Shown piece after piece: positions 18,541 through 27,090 of a stretch of DNA of 64,000 nt (position 1 is the first letter of the stretch; the number at the start of each line of letters is the position of its first letter). Where the stretch lies: the NCBI GenBank assembly GCA_016206175.1, contig JACQSB010000028.1, positions 2,313 to 66,312 on the forward strand, in the 5' to 3' direction. Source of the stretch: Candidatus Uhrbacteria bacterium (GTDB lineage: Bacteria > Patescibacteriota > Patescibacteriia > JACQRZ01). The notes beneath the pieces were generated by a model. That model saw nothing but the letters and a program-made list of their open reading frames with translations. It was not told the origin of the DNA and did no database searches. The position numbers were made by a program, and so were the translations under genes.

Positions 18541-19421
18541 CCAGTAAACTGCCTCTGGAAAAAGACGCGGAGTTTTTTGCCTACCATCAGTATCGCGACT
18601 ATGTGGTTTTCAGAGAACTTGCAAAACGAGAAACCGTACCGGCTTTCAAAGCTATTCTTGAACAGCTCATTGAAAGCGAATATCAGGATTATTCCTATTG
18701 GCTGCGCTATTGTGTCCCAAAAAAATTTTATGTCCCACAGAGGGATATTCTTTTTTTTGTTTTTTTGCGTCGTGTTTTTGGGCTTACCTTTACTGCGAAA
18801 TTTTTGGAACGCGATGAGAAAGAGATCATTGAAGCATATCAGCAATTTTTGCAGCACACAGAGGAACCGCTCCGTTCCGATGTCGCAAAAATCCTGGAGC
18901 ACGAGCGAGAACATGAGCGGATGTTAATCAGCCAAATTCGTGAGGGGAAAGTTGAATTTTTAGGAAGCATTATCTTGGGGTTGAATGACGGACTCATAGA
19001 ACTCAGTGGCGCGCTTATTGGATTTGCCTTTGCGTTGCAACAGAGCCGCCTCGTCGGCATCCTTGGTTTCATTACCGGCATATCCGCTGCGTTTTCTATG
19101 TCAGCGTCAGCTTATCTGCAAGCACGCTATGATCAGACTCGCAATCCGCGCATAGCTGCCGCATATACCGGCATTACATATCTTGTTGTGGTAGCTATCT
19201 TGGTAGCTCCTTTTTTATTCATTACTGAAATGGCATGGACACTCTTAAGCTTTTTTGCCGTCGTCGCAGTGCTTATCCTTGTAACTTCGTTTTATGCTTC
19301 CGTGGTGCAGGAACGTCGCTTCCGTACAGTTGCAGGTGAGATGGTGTTATTGAGTGTTGGTGTTACTTTTCTCACTTTTCTCCTTGCCAGCCTTTTTCGG
19401 GAGCTTTTTGGCATGGGATAA
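18537..19421 (+). CDS. VIT1/CCC1-family iron/manganese transporter with N-terminal ferritin-like domain
   Basis: EHEREHERML ferritin-like motif followed by LGLNDGLIELSGALIGFA and TM helices. ATGA overlap with the upstream gene. Confidence 0.75.
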   Translation: MTSKLPLEKDAEFFAYHQYRDYVVFRELAKRETVPAFKAILEQLIESEYQDYSYWLRYCVPKKFYVPQRDILFFVFLRRVFGLTFTAKFLERDEKEIIEAYQQFLQHTEEPLRSDVAKILEHEREHERMLISQIREGKVEFLGSIILGLNDGLIELSGALIGFAFALQQSRLVGILGFITGISAAFSMSASAYLQARYDQTRNPRIAAAYTGITYLVVVAILVAPFLFITEMAWTLLSFFAVVAVLILVTSFYASVVQERRFRTVAGEMVLLSVGVTFLTFLLASLFRELFGMG

Positions 19422-19477
19422 TCCATCCACACCCTTTTTTTATTATCCATGATATACTCTAATCATTAATAATTATG

Positions 19478-19510
19478 CGGCTCATGCCTCGCAGGGAGGG
19501 GCCGTTTTTC
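19478..19510 (+). terminator. Terminator-like hairpin
   Basis: CGGCTC...CCTC-GCAGG-GAGG...GGGCCG followed by TTTTT. Confidence 0.45.
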
Positions 19511-19518
19511 CTTACCGT

Positions 19519-20730
19519 ATGAAACATATCTATGGAAAAAGCGCAAAAGCGCTTTTCGGCGCGCTCGCGCTCTTGCTAGCGCTTGGTGCAGGTCCGGCAT
19601 TTGCCCAGCAGGCAGACAGCCCGGAAGGAAACTTTGATTTTAGCGAATTTCAAGGGGGAGGATCTGAATCAACCTCTGAAGAAAGCCTCGATCAGCTCGA
19701 TGGCGGCTCTGCGCTTGAGGGTCAATATGAGCTTACGCCTGAAGAGATCCAGCAGCTACAAGAGCTCTATGGCGCCCAAGGAGATGCGCAGGACTTCACT
19801 GCTGGCACTGGGTTTGATCAATACGGTACATCTCCCTATGAGAGCCCTTATGGTTCGGGCGGACTCGGCCCAAGTAGTTTATTTTTGCCATTACTATTAG
19901 GAGGCCTTGGCGGTGCCGATTCCGGTAATGCTTTTCTCGTATTTATTGGAATCTACCTAGTCCTCTTGCTGCTCATCGCCGCCCTATTTTTCATGGCAGC
20001 ATTTAAGAGATATAAGAAATTTTCCCGTGAACATGCTTTGGTGTTTGGTTGGAACATGATGAGCAAACATGTCTGGCTTTTTGTGCTGCTTACCATTGTG
20101 CAGATGCTTGTATGGGTTGCCTTCGGTTTTGTCGCATATTTTGCATTCAGATTTGGACCGGAAGCGCCTTCCATCGGATGGATAGTGAGTGCCGTAGTGG
20201 CATTTCTTGTTGCGGTCTTTTTCTTCTTGCTTTTCAGTGTCGGGTTGACCAGGGTTTCACTCAAAGCACATGATGGTAAGCCTTTCGGCGTAGGTGACCT
20301 CTTTAACGGGGTCGGTCTTGTGTTCAAATATTTTCTTACCAATGTCCTCAATTTTCTGATCGTCGTTGGTCCGTTTATTGTGTTGCAGATTGTCGTGGGT
20401 TTATTGAAAGATGTCTTTCCAGAAACGGTATTACTGATCGGCGGACTCGTTGCGGCACTCTTGCTTGCTATTCCGGTATCGATTCTATTGATGAAATTTT
20501 TCCTCTCAGGGATCGTCGTTGTGGATAAAGGAGTCTGGCCCATAACAGCTCTCAAGCTTAGCAGCCAATACACAGCCCGCGCGAAAACCGATGTTGCGTT
20601 GTTTAATATCTTGCTCCTTGGCATTAACTTGATCGGTTCCAATGTCCCGCTCATGCTCGGACTTTTTGTGTCACTGCCTGTCACGTATCTTGCCTACGCG
20701 CACATGTATCGTCAGCTGGAAAAGGGGTAA
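19519..20730 (+). CDS. Membrane protein with signal peptide, acidic low-complexity ectodomain and multi-TM C-terminal body
   Basis: Signal-like N-terminus (ALLLALGAGPAFA), a D/E/G/S-rich region and then about 6 TM helices. Confidence 0.6.
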   Translation: MKHIYGKSAKALFGALALLLALGAGPAFAQQADSPEGNFDFSEFQGGGSESTSEESLDQLDGGSALEGQYELTPEEIQQLQELYGAQGDAQDFTAGTGFDQYGTSPYESPYGSGGLGPSSLFLPLLLGGLGGADSGNAFLVFIGIYLVLLLLIAALFFMAAFKRYKKFSREHALVFGWNMMSKHVWLFVLLTIVQMLVWVAFGFVAYFAFRFGPEAPSIGWIVSAVVAFLVAVFFFLLFSVGLTRVSLKAHDGKPFGVGDLFNGVGLVFKYFLTNVLNFLIVVGPFIVLQIVVGLLKDVFPETVLLIGGLVAALLLAIPVSILLMKFFLSGIVVVDKGVWPITALKLSSQYTARAKTDVALFNILLLGINLIGSNVPLMLGLFVSLPVTYLAYAHMYRQLEKG

Positions 20731-20753
20731 AGCATCGCAGAAGGCGCTAAAAA

Positions 20754-20776
20754 AGAGCCCCGCTACGTGGGGCTCT
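20754..20776. terminator. Bidirectional terminator hairpin between convergent genes
   Basis: AGAGCCCC-GCTACGT-GGGGCTCT is flanked by an A-run and a T-run. The stop codon of the minus-strand gene lies in the loop. Confidence 0.65.
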
Positions 20777-23177
20777 TTTTATGTCTGCGGTATACTGTGG
20801 TTGTCGGTGAGAAAATGCTTGGTGGTAAAAATAATTCTGCAAGTGAACTACGGGATGCGACCTTACCCTTCTTGCTTGCAGAAAGTCCGAGCCGCTCCAG
20901 ATACCGTTCCACGTGGTAGCGCGCATCGTCTTGTTGCTTCTCTTCATGGTAGAAGAATCCTGATTTTCCGTAAGCAGGAATAAAGATCTGTATTTCTTCA
21001 TCATATACTTTACCACCCGGAGACGTGAGCCGGATAACGAACTTCGACATTCGCACTTTGCCGCCGCTTCCAGCCCGCTCGCCTTGAAAGCGGTAATCCG
21101 TGCTCTGAGGCGTTGGGCTAAAATCAACAATTTTCATGTCCCACCCTTCTTTGACCTGTGCCCGCATTGTGTCGATGAAATCAAACACAAGCGCATGGTC
21201 GTCAACCTCTTTTGTTGCTTCGGCAAGACTGCCAGGCTCTTTCCCCTTTTTATAAGAAACAAGTTTCTGTTTTTTTCGTTCTAGCAATGAAGGGTCGCTT
21301 GATTCAACGATGAGCGCATGGCCAAAAAGGTCAGTCGGCTCTGCCGTGCCAAGGAAAATTTTACGCATGTAATCCTCGAATGTTTTTTCCGGACGTTTTG
21401 ATATGCGCGCAAGCATCTTTCGTCCATCGTGCAGCGTGATTTCCCGGACGCGGTCGCTGCGTTCTGTCGAAAAATGATACTTGCCTGACGTATCTTTCAT
21501 ATAGGCATCTCTCTGTGCTTGAGGAGTATTGTTGGTAATGATATCAACCATTTCGCCGTTTTTATCATATACGGTGACGAGTTGCGCACTGAATCGCGGA
21601 CCAGTGTTAATCGTATTCCAGATTTGTTGAAATGGTGCATCGCCCTGCTTGGATTTTTTTTCAAAATAGGGGAGAGACTTTGCTTCAATCATCATCATCA
21701 GAAGCTTTCGTCGCGCTTCGAAGGTAAGGCGAGTCAGTAAATCATCCGCATCGCGGCCGTCTTGTTCTGCTTCGCGGCGATATTTCTCAACAAGATTGCC
21801 GATACCAAGCGCTGTTTCTATAAGGTCGAGCGCGTCGCAATTTTCTATTTCATTTAACGATTCAATAAATGAAAGGCTTACTTGGTCTCCGATGCGGTCG
21901 GCAAAAATACGTTTGGCAACTCTCGATATGATAGTGTCTGCATATCTGCTCAAATACCGATACGCTTCCTTTGGGATTCCAAGATGGTTTTCTAGAAGTT
22001 CACGCGCTTGGTCTTCTGCTGTAAGATCTTCTTCGCCTGTTTCTCGCTCTTGTAGTGCACGAAGTTCGCGCACCTGGGTCTTACCTGCTTCAATGCTTTG
22101 TTCGAGAGCCTCCACCATGCTTTCGCTCCCGCCGGCTCCCTGTTGTCGTACCCGTTCGAGAATTCTGCTAATGTGGGGTCCGAGGAGATCGGATCGTTCC
22201 AGTACGCGAAAGGCCCGCAGCGGGATCGTACGGAGTTTCGGAATCAATTCAAGGAAACGGAATGATGACTCAATGATGTTTCCGTAGGCATCCATCTGCC
22301 GCAACTCTTCTACTAAGTTGGCGAGGCGGAGTGCTTCTTCTGCCTGCTCCGGGGTGATCTGATGCGTTTTTATGAATTCACTGTAGCGGCGTTCTACGTG
22401 TTCGAGCTGGCGGTCTGCTTCTTTAGCACTTTTCGGAATCGCGATCGCGTTAAGAAATGCCGTTTGCTGCTCTTGGAGAGCTAAGCCAAGATCAGGACCA
22501 TAGAGAGTGACGAGGCTTTCAATGACGTCTAATTTTTTTCGCATCTCGAGTCGCTTCATGGCATCCATCAGCTTACGTTTGCTTGCATCTGGAATCTCAA
22601 TGGATTCGCGCGGTGTGTTTGGGTTAGAGATATGCAGGAGTCGGGGACCATAACCGATGAGCGGAAGAACTTGGTAATGTAGCAGATTTTGCATTCCCTC
22701 TATGGAAAGGGGGATATAGCTTCGGCGCTCTCTTTCTTGGAGATGTTCGAGTTCATCAAACGGTGAGGCATGGGCATACCAAAACGATTCGTTGCGTCCG
22801 ATTGCGTTGCGCGCTGATCCGATAAAATGGTATGTAGCGCCTCGCACATAGCCGGCGTCGAATAATGCTGACTCGATCGGCTCGATCAGCTCATTTTTTT
22901 TCATGCCAGGCTTTATCGCCGTCTCGATCGCAGCGACTGGTTCCAGCGCATCAGCGCCGTCAGCGTTTTTGCCGAGCGCCATATAGCTTTGGGTAAAGGA
23001 AAGATTCTCGAGCGAAATCCCCTCCCTTATTTGACTGGCTATTGCTTCCGGCGATGCTGATTTGAGCACGAATGAATGCGCAACAATGGTCGTAGCCTTG
23101 CGTTCTCGTTTTGTATCCGGAGGTTTTGTGGCATCTCCTCCTGGTTCCGCGCCGTGATATCGTGTGCGTTCTTCCAT
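20763..23177 (-). CDS. Large (about 804 aa) hypothetical protein with possible C-terminal RelA/SpoT-like nucleotidyltransferase fold
   Basis: The long ORF has candidate starts at ATG 23177 or 23201; the track start at 23366 would overlap the divergent gene. The C-terminal motif string is detailed in the findings. Confidence 0.75.
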   Translation of the reverse strand: MEERTRYHGAEPGGDATKPPDTKRERKATTIVAHSFVLKSASPEAIASQIREGISLENLSFTQSYMALGKNADGADALEPVAAIETAIKPGMKKNELIEPIESALFDAGYVRGATYHFIGSARNAIGRNESFWYAHASPFDELEHLQERERRSYIPLSIEGMQNLLHYQVLPLIGYGPRLLHISNPNTPRESIEIPDASKRKLMDAMKRLEMRKKLDVIESLVTLYGPDLGLALQEQQTAFLNAIAIPKSAKEADRQLEHVERRYSEFIKTHQITPEQAEEALRLANLVEELRQMDAYGNIIESSFRFLELIPKLRTIPLRAFRVLERSDLLGPHISRILERVRQQGAGGSESMVEALEQSIEAGKTQVRELRALQERETGEEDLTAEDQARELLENHLGIPKEAYRYLSRYADTIISRVAKRIFADRIGDQVSLSFIESLNEIENCDALDLIETALGIGNLVEKYRREAEQDGRDADDLLTRLTFEARRKLLMMMIEAKSLPYFEKKSKQGDAPFQQIWNTINTGPRFSAQLVTVYDKNGEMVDIITNNTPQAQRDAYMKDTSGKYHFSTERSDRVREITLHDGRKMLARISKRPEKTFEDYMRKIFLGTAEPTDLFGHALIVESSDPSLLERKKQKLVSYKKGKEPGSLAEATKEVDDHALVFDFIDTMRAQVKEGWDMKIVDFSPTPQSTDYRFQGERAGSGGKVRMSKFVIRLTSPGGKVYDEEIQIFIPAYGKSGFFYHEEKQQDDARYHVERYLERLGLSASKKGKVASRSSLAELFLPPSIFSPTTTVYRRHKKSPT

Positions 23178-23306
23178 AATAATATCAGTGAAGCAGAACA
23201 TATGGCGTTTGACAAGCTTTCTTCTTCTTGCCGAACACGATTTATTTTCGTACACTGCTTTAGCGCTTATGGCAGATATTTTTTTACCAATAATACGGCA
23301 ACACGA

Positions 23307-24008
23307 ATGCAAGCAGTGATTTTGGCAGCAGGAGAAGGGACGCGTTTGCGGCCCCTGACCGAACATCGCCCCAAACCAATGGTTCCTATTGCAGGGAAAC
23401 CGATATTGGAATACACTCTTGGCATTTTGCCAAAGGCCATTGACGAAATTATTATCGTCACTGGCTATAAAGGTGAAAAAATTCGGGAGTACTTCGGGAA
23501 TTCGTTTGGCGGAAAGCCGATCATCTATGTCGAGCAGCCGGATAGAAAAGGCACGGCGGATGCGATCGAAAAAGCATTACCGCATCTGAAAGGTGAGTAT
23601 TTTATGGTTGTTTCCGGCGATGATTTGTACCATCCCGATGACTTGGAGAAATGCGTGATTGGATCACAGCAGACGATTTTGGTAAAAGAAACCGACCAGC
23701 CCGAACGTTTTGGTATCTGTCTGGTCGGTAAAGATGACCTTTTGGAAGGATTGGTGGAAAAACCGAAAAACCCACCGTCAAACCTTGCGAATGTCGGCGT
23801 GTATGTATTACATCAAGATATTTTTAAAATTCCGAAAGTCATAGACGAAAAAGGGGAGCATGTACTTGCTCCAAAGATAGGTGAACTTGCAAAGATGCGT
23901 CCGACAAAAGTGATCCGCGCGCAATTTTGGCATCCGGTCGGATACCCGGAGGATATTGAGACAGGCACAAAGTATCTGCAAACAAGTAAAGAAGAGAGGA
24001 AGAATTAA
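23307..24008 (+). CDS. Sugar-phosphate nucleotidyltransferase (RmlA/GlmU N-terminal-type)
   Basis: MQAVILAAGEGTRLRPLT signature at the internal ATG 23307, plus VSGDDLY. Confidence 0.8.
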   Translation: MQAVILAAGEGTRLRPLTEHRPKPMVPIAGKPILEYTLGILPKAIDEIIIVTGYKGEKIREYFGNSFGGKPIIYVEQPDRKGTADAIEKALPHLKGEYFMVVSGDDLYHPDDLEKCVIGSQQTILVKETDQPERFGICLVGKDDLLEGLVEKPKNPPSNLANVGVYVLHQDIFKIPKVIDEKGEHVLAPKIGELAKMRPTKVIRAQFWHPVGYPEDIETGTKYLQTSKEERKN

Positions 24009-24037
24009 AAAAGACCCTGTGTTTATCCTCGCGGGTC
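24005..24037 (-). terminator. Weak terminator-like hairpin for the minus-strand micro-operon
   Basis: GACCC and GGGTC form a stem with a 15-nt loop, followed on the minus strand by TTTTTT. Confidence 0.35.
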
Positions 24038-24064
24038 ATTCGAGAAGAGATGCAGAGGCGCATG

Positions 24065-24409
24065 TCACCAGAGGCGCACTCGGTTGACGATGAGGCGATT
24101 CCCATTTGTCGCTTCCGCGACGTTCCAGAGTTGCAGCAAGCTGCCTGCTGCAATGACTTGCACCGTGAGGAACGGGTCGCGGAGGATCTTATTGAAATCC
24201 TCCGACGTCATCCCGTTGCGCACCCCGCCGCCGTTGATGGGAAAGATCAGATTCAGGAGTGCGACGAGCTCCAGCTTCTTCTCCTTCACGATGTGGGGAG
24301 CGAAGCAGATGATGACGGCTCCAAGCCGCACATTCGTGACTACCGACCCTGACGAAGCATTGGTCATCTCTTCAATGACCTCGCGGAGCCGTTGTAGATT
24401 ATCTACCAT
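24065..24409 (-). CDS. Hypothetical 114-aa protein (micro-operon gene 4)
   Basis: ATG 24409 overlaps the stop of the upstream gene (ATGGTAG). No family was recognised. Confidence 0.5.
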   Translation of the reverse strand: MVDNLQRLREVIEEMTNASSGSVVTNVRLGAVIICFAPHIVKEKKLELVALLNLIFPINGGGVRNGMTSEDFNKILRDPFLTVQVIAAGSLLQLWNVAEATNGNRLIVNRVRLW

Positions 24410-24549
24410 GGCCAGGATTCCCGAATTCCAAGCCGCTTCTTGATGTCCTCGACGTCGTGCACCGCCTTGAAGGCGATCCATGCGGCGATCGCAACACTTG
24501 CGACCGCGAGCGGGAAGACGAGCTTCCCGGCTATTTCAATGGCTTTCAT
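24403..24549 (-). CDS. Tiny single-TM protein, 48 aa (micro-operon gene 3)
   Basis: MKAIEIAGKLVFPLAVASVAIAAWIAF... with an ATGA overlap with gene 2. Confidence 0.5.
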   Translation of the reverse strand: MKAIEIAGKLVFPLAVASVAIAAWIAFKAVHDVEDIKKRLGIRESWPW

Positions 24550-24716
24550 CGCGTCTCTCCTTTTAGATGCGGATGCTTTTCTGTTTCCTCGGCAACTATG
24601 AGTCCGCCTATCATGCCGATGGCGATGGAAGAGATTAGAGTCCAGATTCCGAAGTAAGTTATCCCCCGGACTATTTTCTTCCTCGTTGGGGGACTTAGTT
24701 CGTCCAATAAATTCAT
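24546..24716 (-). CDS. Tiny single-TM protein, 56 aa (micro-operon gene 2)
   Basis: ...ITYFGIWTLISSIAIGMIGGLIV... with an ATGA overlap with gene 1. Confidence 0.5.
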   Translation of the reverse strand: MNLLDELSPPTRKKIVRGITYFGIWTLISSIAIGMIGGLIVAEETEKHPHLKGETR

Positions 24717-24880
24717 TGCGTTCCTCCCCATTGGAAGATGATCCACAAGACAAGGAAGAACGCGGCAACCTCTGTCGCGATATCTACCTCGTCAAAGCGG
24801 CGGCGGCAGGATTCAACCTGATTGCGAATTTCTTCACGCAGGGAGACAACATGCTCCCTAAGATAGCTGAATACTCCCAT
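24713..24880 (-). CDS. Tiny tail-anchored protein, 55 aa (micro-operon gene 1)
   Basis: ATG 24880 is preceded by AAGGGGT. The C-terminus contains a TM helix (VAAFFLVLWIIFQW). Confidence 0.5.
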   Translation of the reverse strand: MGVFSYLREHVVSLREEIRNQVESCRRRFDEVDIATEVAAFFLVLWIIFQWGGTQ

Positions 24881-24966
24881 CACGTACCCCTTATTTGAGA
24901 GTGAAAAGACCGTTCCTCCATGGTGGCAAGAGTATTCGCGCTGAATGCGAATGTCAATACCTCCGT

Positions 24967-26151
24967 CTATCCCGCCCAGTACCAATGCACGAATCGGATC
25001 CAAAGTTGTATCGTGAGCCAAAGAGATATCAAGGTAATTGCCGCATTCATCGCTTTCGAGCGCGTCCCGATTTGTCCTAACAACAGAAAGTGAGGAAATG
25101 ATAGAGCTACATACCGTATCATGGACATTGTTGATCCTGTCAGCAAAGGAAATACAACAAGCAGAATCGAATATACCGCATAGGAGAGGCGGAATCGTTG
25201 TACGATAACGATCGACATACCAAGAAATAAAATCATTGCTACCAGATCAAGCTGGGAGTACTGAAAACTGTGGAAGGGAATTTCAGCGAATCGCTGCAAT
25301 CTATCGCCAATAAGCATCGCGGCGTCAAAAAGCGAACCCAACTGGCGCCCCCAGCTTTGCGCATTGCTTTGAAAATACACAAAAGGATTTCCAGTGATGA
25401 AAACAAGGTACGCGTAATAGGTTGCAAATCCGAGTGGCGCAGCACTTGCTGATAGCAAGTTCTTCAATGCTGATCTGTTTAACGGCCGGCGGCCATGTTG
25501 TTGCCACCATTCGATTGCAAGCGGAAAAAATAACAGCACACCTTGCGGTCGCGCAAGGGCGGCGAGGTATGCCCATAGACCAGCGGTAGCGAATCTGCCG
25601 CGGCGCACACACAGAATGCTTGCAAGCGATAGCGCAAAAAAGAGAGCCTCCGTGTATGCAACGGAAAAAAATATGCTTGAAGGAAAAATGAGGAAATACC
25701 AGACACTCCTCTTGGCTGCGGCAGACGGCATTTCCATACTTGCGATAGCGTAGAGTAGGATCACACTGGCTAGCGCGCCGACAAAAGAGATCGTAAGCGC
25801 TGCGGCGAGCGGCGAGCCTCCGAAAAGCGGCATGAACATGGCGATCAGGAGTGGATACAGCGGAAAGAATGCGTAAGATTTTTTTTGTTCAAGTTCAGTT
25901 GAAAAATTACTATACCCGTTTTGCGCAATATGGAGATACCATTGGCCATCATATGCGGCAAGGCTTCGGGAAAGCGGATCGCCTGCTTTTTCGTAATGAT
26001 AGCCATTGATCGCGTAATCATATTCACTGAATGGAATGAGAGGATATGTCGCAAGAATGAGCGCGAAAAAAGCGATCTTTACCGCAAAAAAGAGGGCTAT
26101 GATTTTTTTGTATTTTTGCCAGAATGTTCGTATCATATAGGTGTATGCCAT
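24967..26151 (-). CDS. Polytopic glycosyltransferase-like membrane protein (PIG-V/mannosyltransferase-like)
   Basis: About 10 TM segments and an AYDGQWYLHIAQNGY loop motif reminiscent of PIG-V-type GT-C enzymes. ATG 26151 overlaps the archease start by 7 nt; the alternative start is ATG 26136. Confidence 0.6.
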   Translation of the reverse strand: MAYTYMIRTFWQKYKKIIALFFAVKIAFFALILATYPLIPFSEYDYAINGYHYEKAGDPLSRSLAAYDGQWYLHIAQNGYSNFSTELEQKKSYAFFPLYPLLIAMFMPLFGGSPLAAALTISFVGALASVILLYAIASMEMPSAAAKRSVWYFLIFPSSIFFSVAYTEALFFALSLASILCVRRGRFATAGLWAYLAALARPQGVLLFFPLAIEWWQQHGRRPLNRSALKNLLSASAAPLGFATYYAYLVFITGNPFVYFQSNAQSWGRQLGSLFDAAMLIGDRLQRFAEIPFHSFQYSQLDLVAMILFLGMSIVIVQRFRLSYAVYSILLVVFPLLTGSTMSMIRYVALSFPHFLLLGQIGTRSKAMNAAITLISLWLTIQLWIRFVHWYWAG

Positions 26152-26555
26152 TTTTTATTTTACCACACACAGCCGACGTTCGCCTGAAAGTGTGGGGAAA
26201 AGATTATGAAGAGGTATTTCGCGCAGCATTGCTTGGCATGTCGGCGATTCAGAAAAAAGCCATTCCGACAAAAGACGCAGATTTCATCGAACGTACCATA
26301 TCCGTCGAGGCTTCCGATGGTACCGCGCTTCTGGTTGATTTTCTTAACGAGGTGCTTTCGCTGTGTGCGATCAATAAAGAGTGGTACTTCGATGGGGTGT
26401 TTGAGCGTCTCACCGCAACAAGCCTTCACGTAACATTGCACGGCATTGCTATCTCGGATTTTGACGAGGATATTAAAGCAGTAACATACCATGAGGCAAA
26501 TCTGCAGAAAAATGAAAAAGGGGAATGGGAGACGATAATTGTTCTCGACATATAA
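26145..26555 (+). CDS. Archease (RtcB activator)
   Basis: N-terminal PHTADVRLKVWG and C-terminal IKAVTYHEANL motifs. Confidence 0.85.
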   Translation: MPFFILPHTADVRLKVWGKDYEEVFRAALLGMSAIQKKAIPTKDADFIERTISVEASDGTALLVDFLNEVLSLCAINKEWYFDGVFERLTATSLHVTLHGIAISDFDEDIKAVTYHEANLQKNEKGEWETIIVLDI

Positions 26556-26559
26556 CACT

Positions 26560-27090
26560 ATGACACGCCGTATATTTTTCGGTATTCCAATCGAGGAGAA
26601 TCTGCAAGAAAAGATCGCGGCGTGGCGCAAGAAATACGAACGCCTTGCGGTACGGTGGGTTAAGCCGAATAACCTCCATGTTACACTCATCCCGCCGTGG
26701 GACGAAGAGGATATCGACAGCGTGATTCGACTGCTTGAACATTCAACGGCTAAAGCGGTTGAGCCGTTGACATTGCAGTTTACGCGCGTTGCGTATGGAC
26801 CTTCTTTGAGAGAACCACGTCTGATATGGGCGGAAGGGGTAGCGCCACACGGTTTGTTAACATTAAAAAATTGGTGCGAGAGCGTCCTTGGTGTGTCTGC
26901 CGATACCCGTCCTTTCCTCCTTCATTTGACGCTTGCGCGGTTTCGGCCGGAAACGTTTTCTTCCTTTCCGGTGAAGAAACTTGACGAATCAGTATCCTGG
27001 AGTCAGACGTGCTCGTCTGTGGTTCTCTACGAATCAAATCTTCTGCCCGGCGGAGCAGAGTACACTGTCCTTTTTCGAAGGCAACTATGA
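26560..27090 (+). CDS. thpR: RNA 2',3'-cyclic phosphodiesterase (2H family, ThpR/LigT)
   Basis: Two HxTx motifs (HVTL and HLTL) at the expected spacing. Confidence 0.85.
   Translation: MTRRIFFGIPIEENLQEKIAAWRKKYERLAVRWVKPNNLHVTLIPPWDEEDIDSVIRLLEHSTAKAVEPLTLQFTRVAYGPSLREPRLIWAEGVAPHGLLTLKNWCESVLGVSADTRPFLLHLTLARFRPETFSSFPVKKLDESVSWSQTCSSVVLYESNLLPGGAEYTVLFRRQL

Noticed and set aside
24050-24898. Plus-strand ORFs (100, 119, 66 and 70 aa) opposite the four-gene micro-operon.
   Set aside because: Their products are Ser/Arg/Thr-rich or lack structure. The minus-strand set shows three precise stop/start overlaps, TM helices and a ribosome-binding site. The decision would be reversed by strand-specific expression data.
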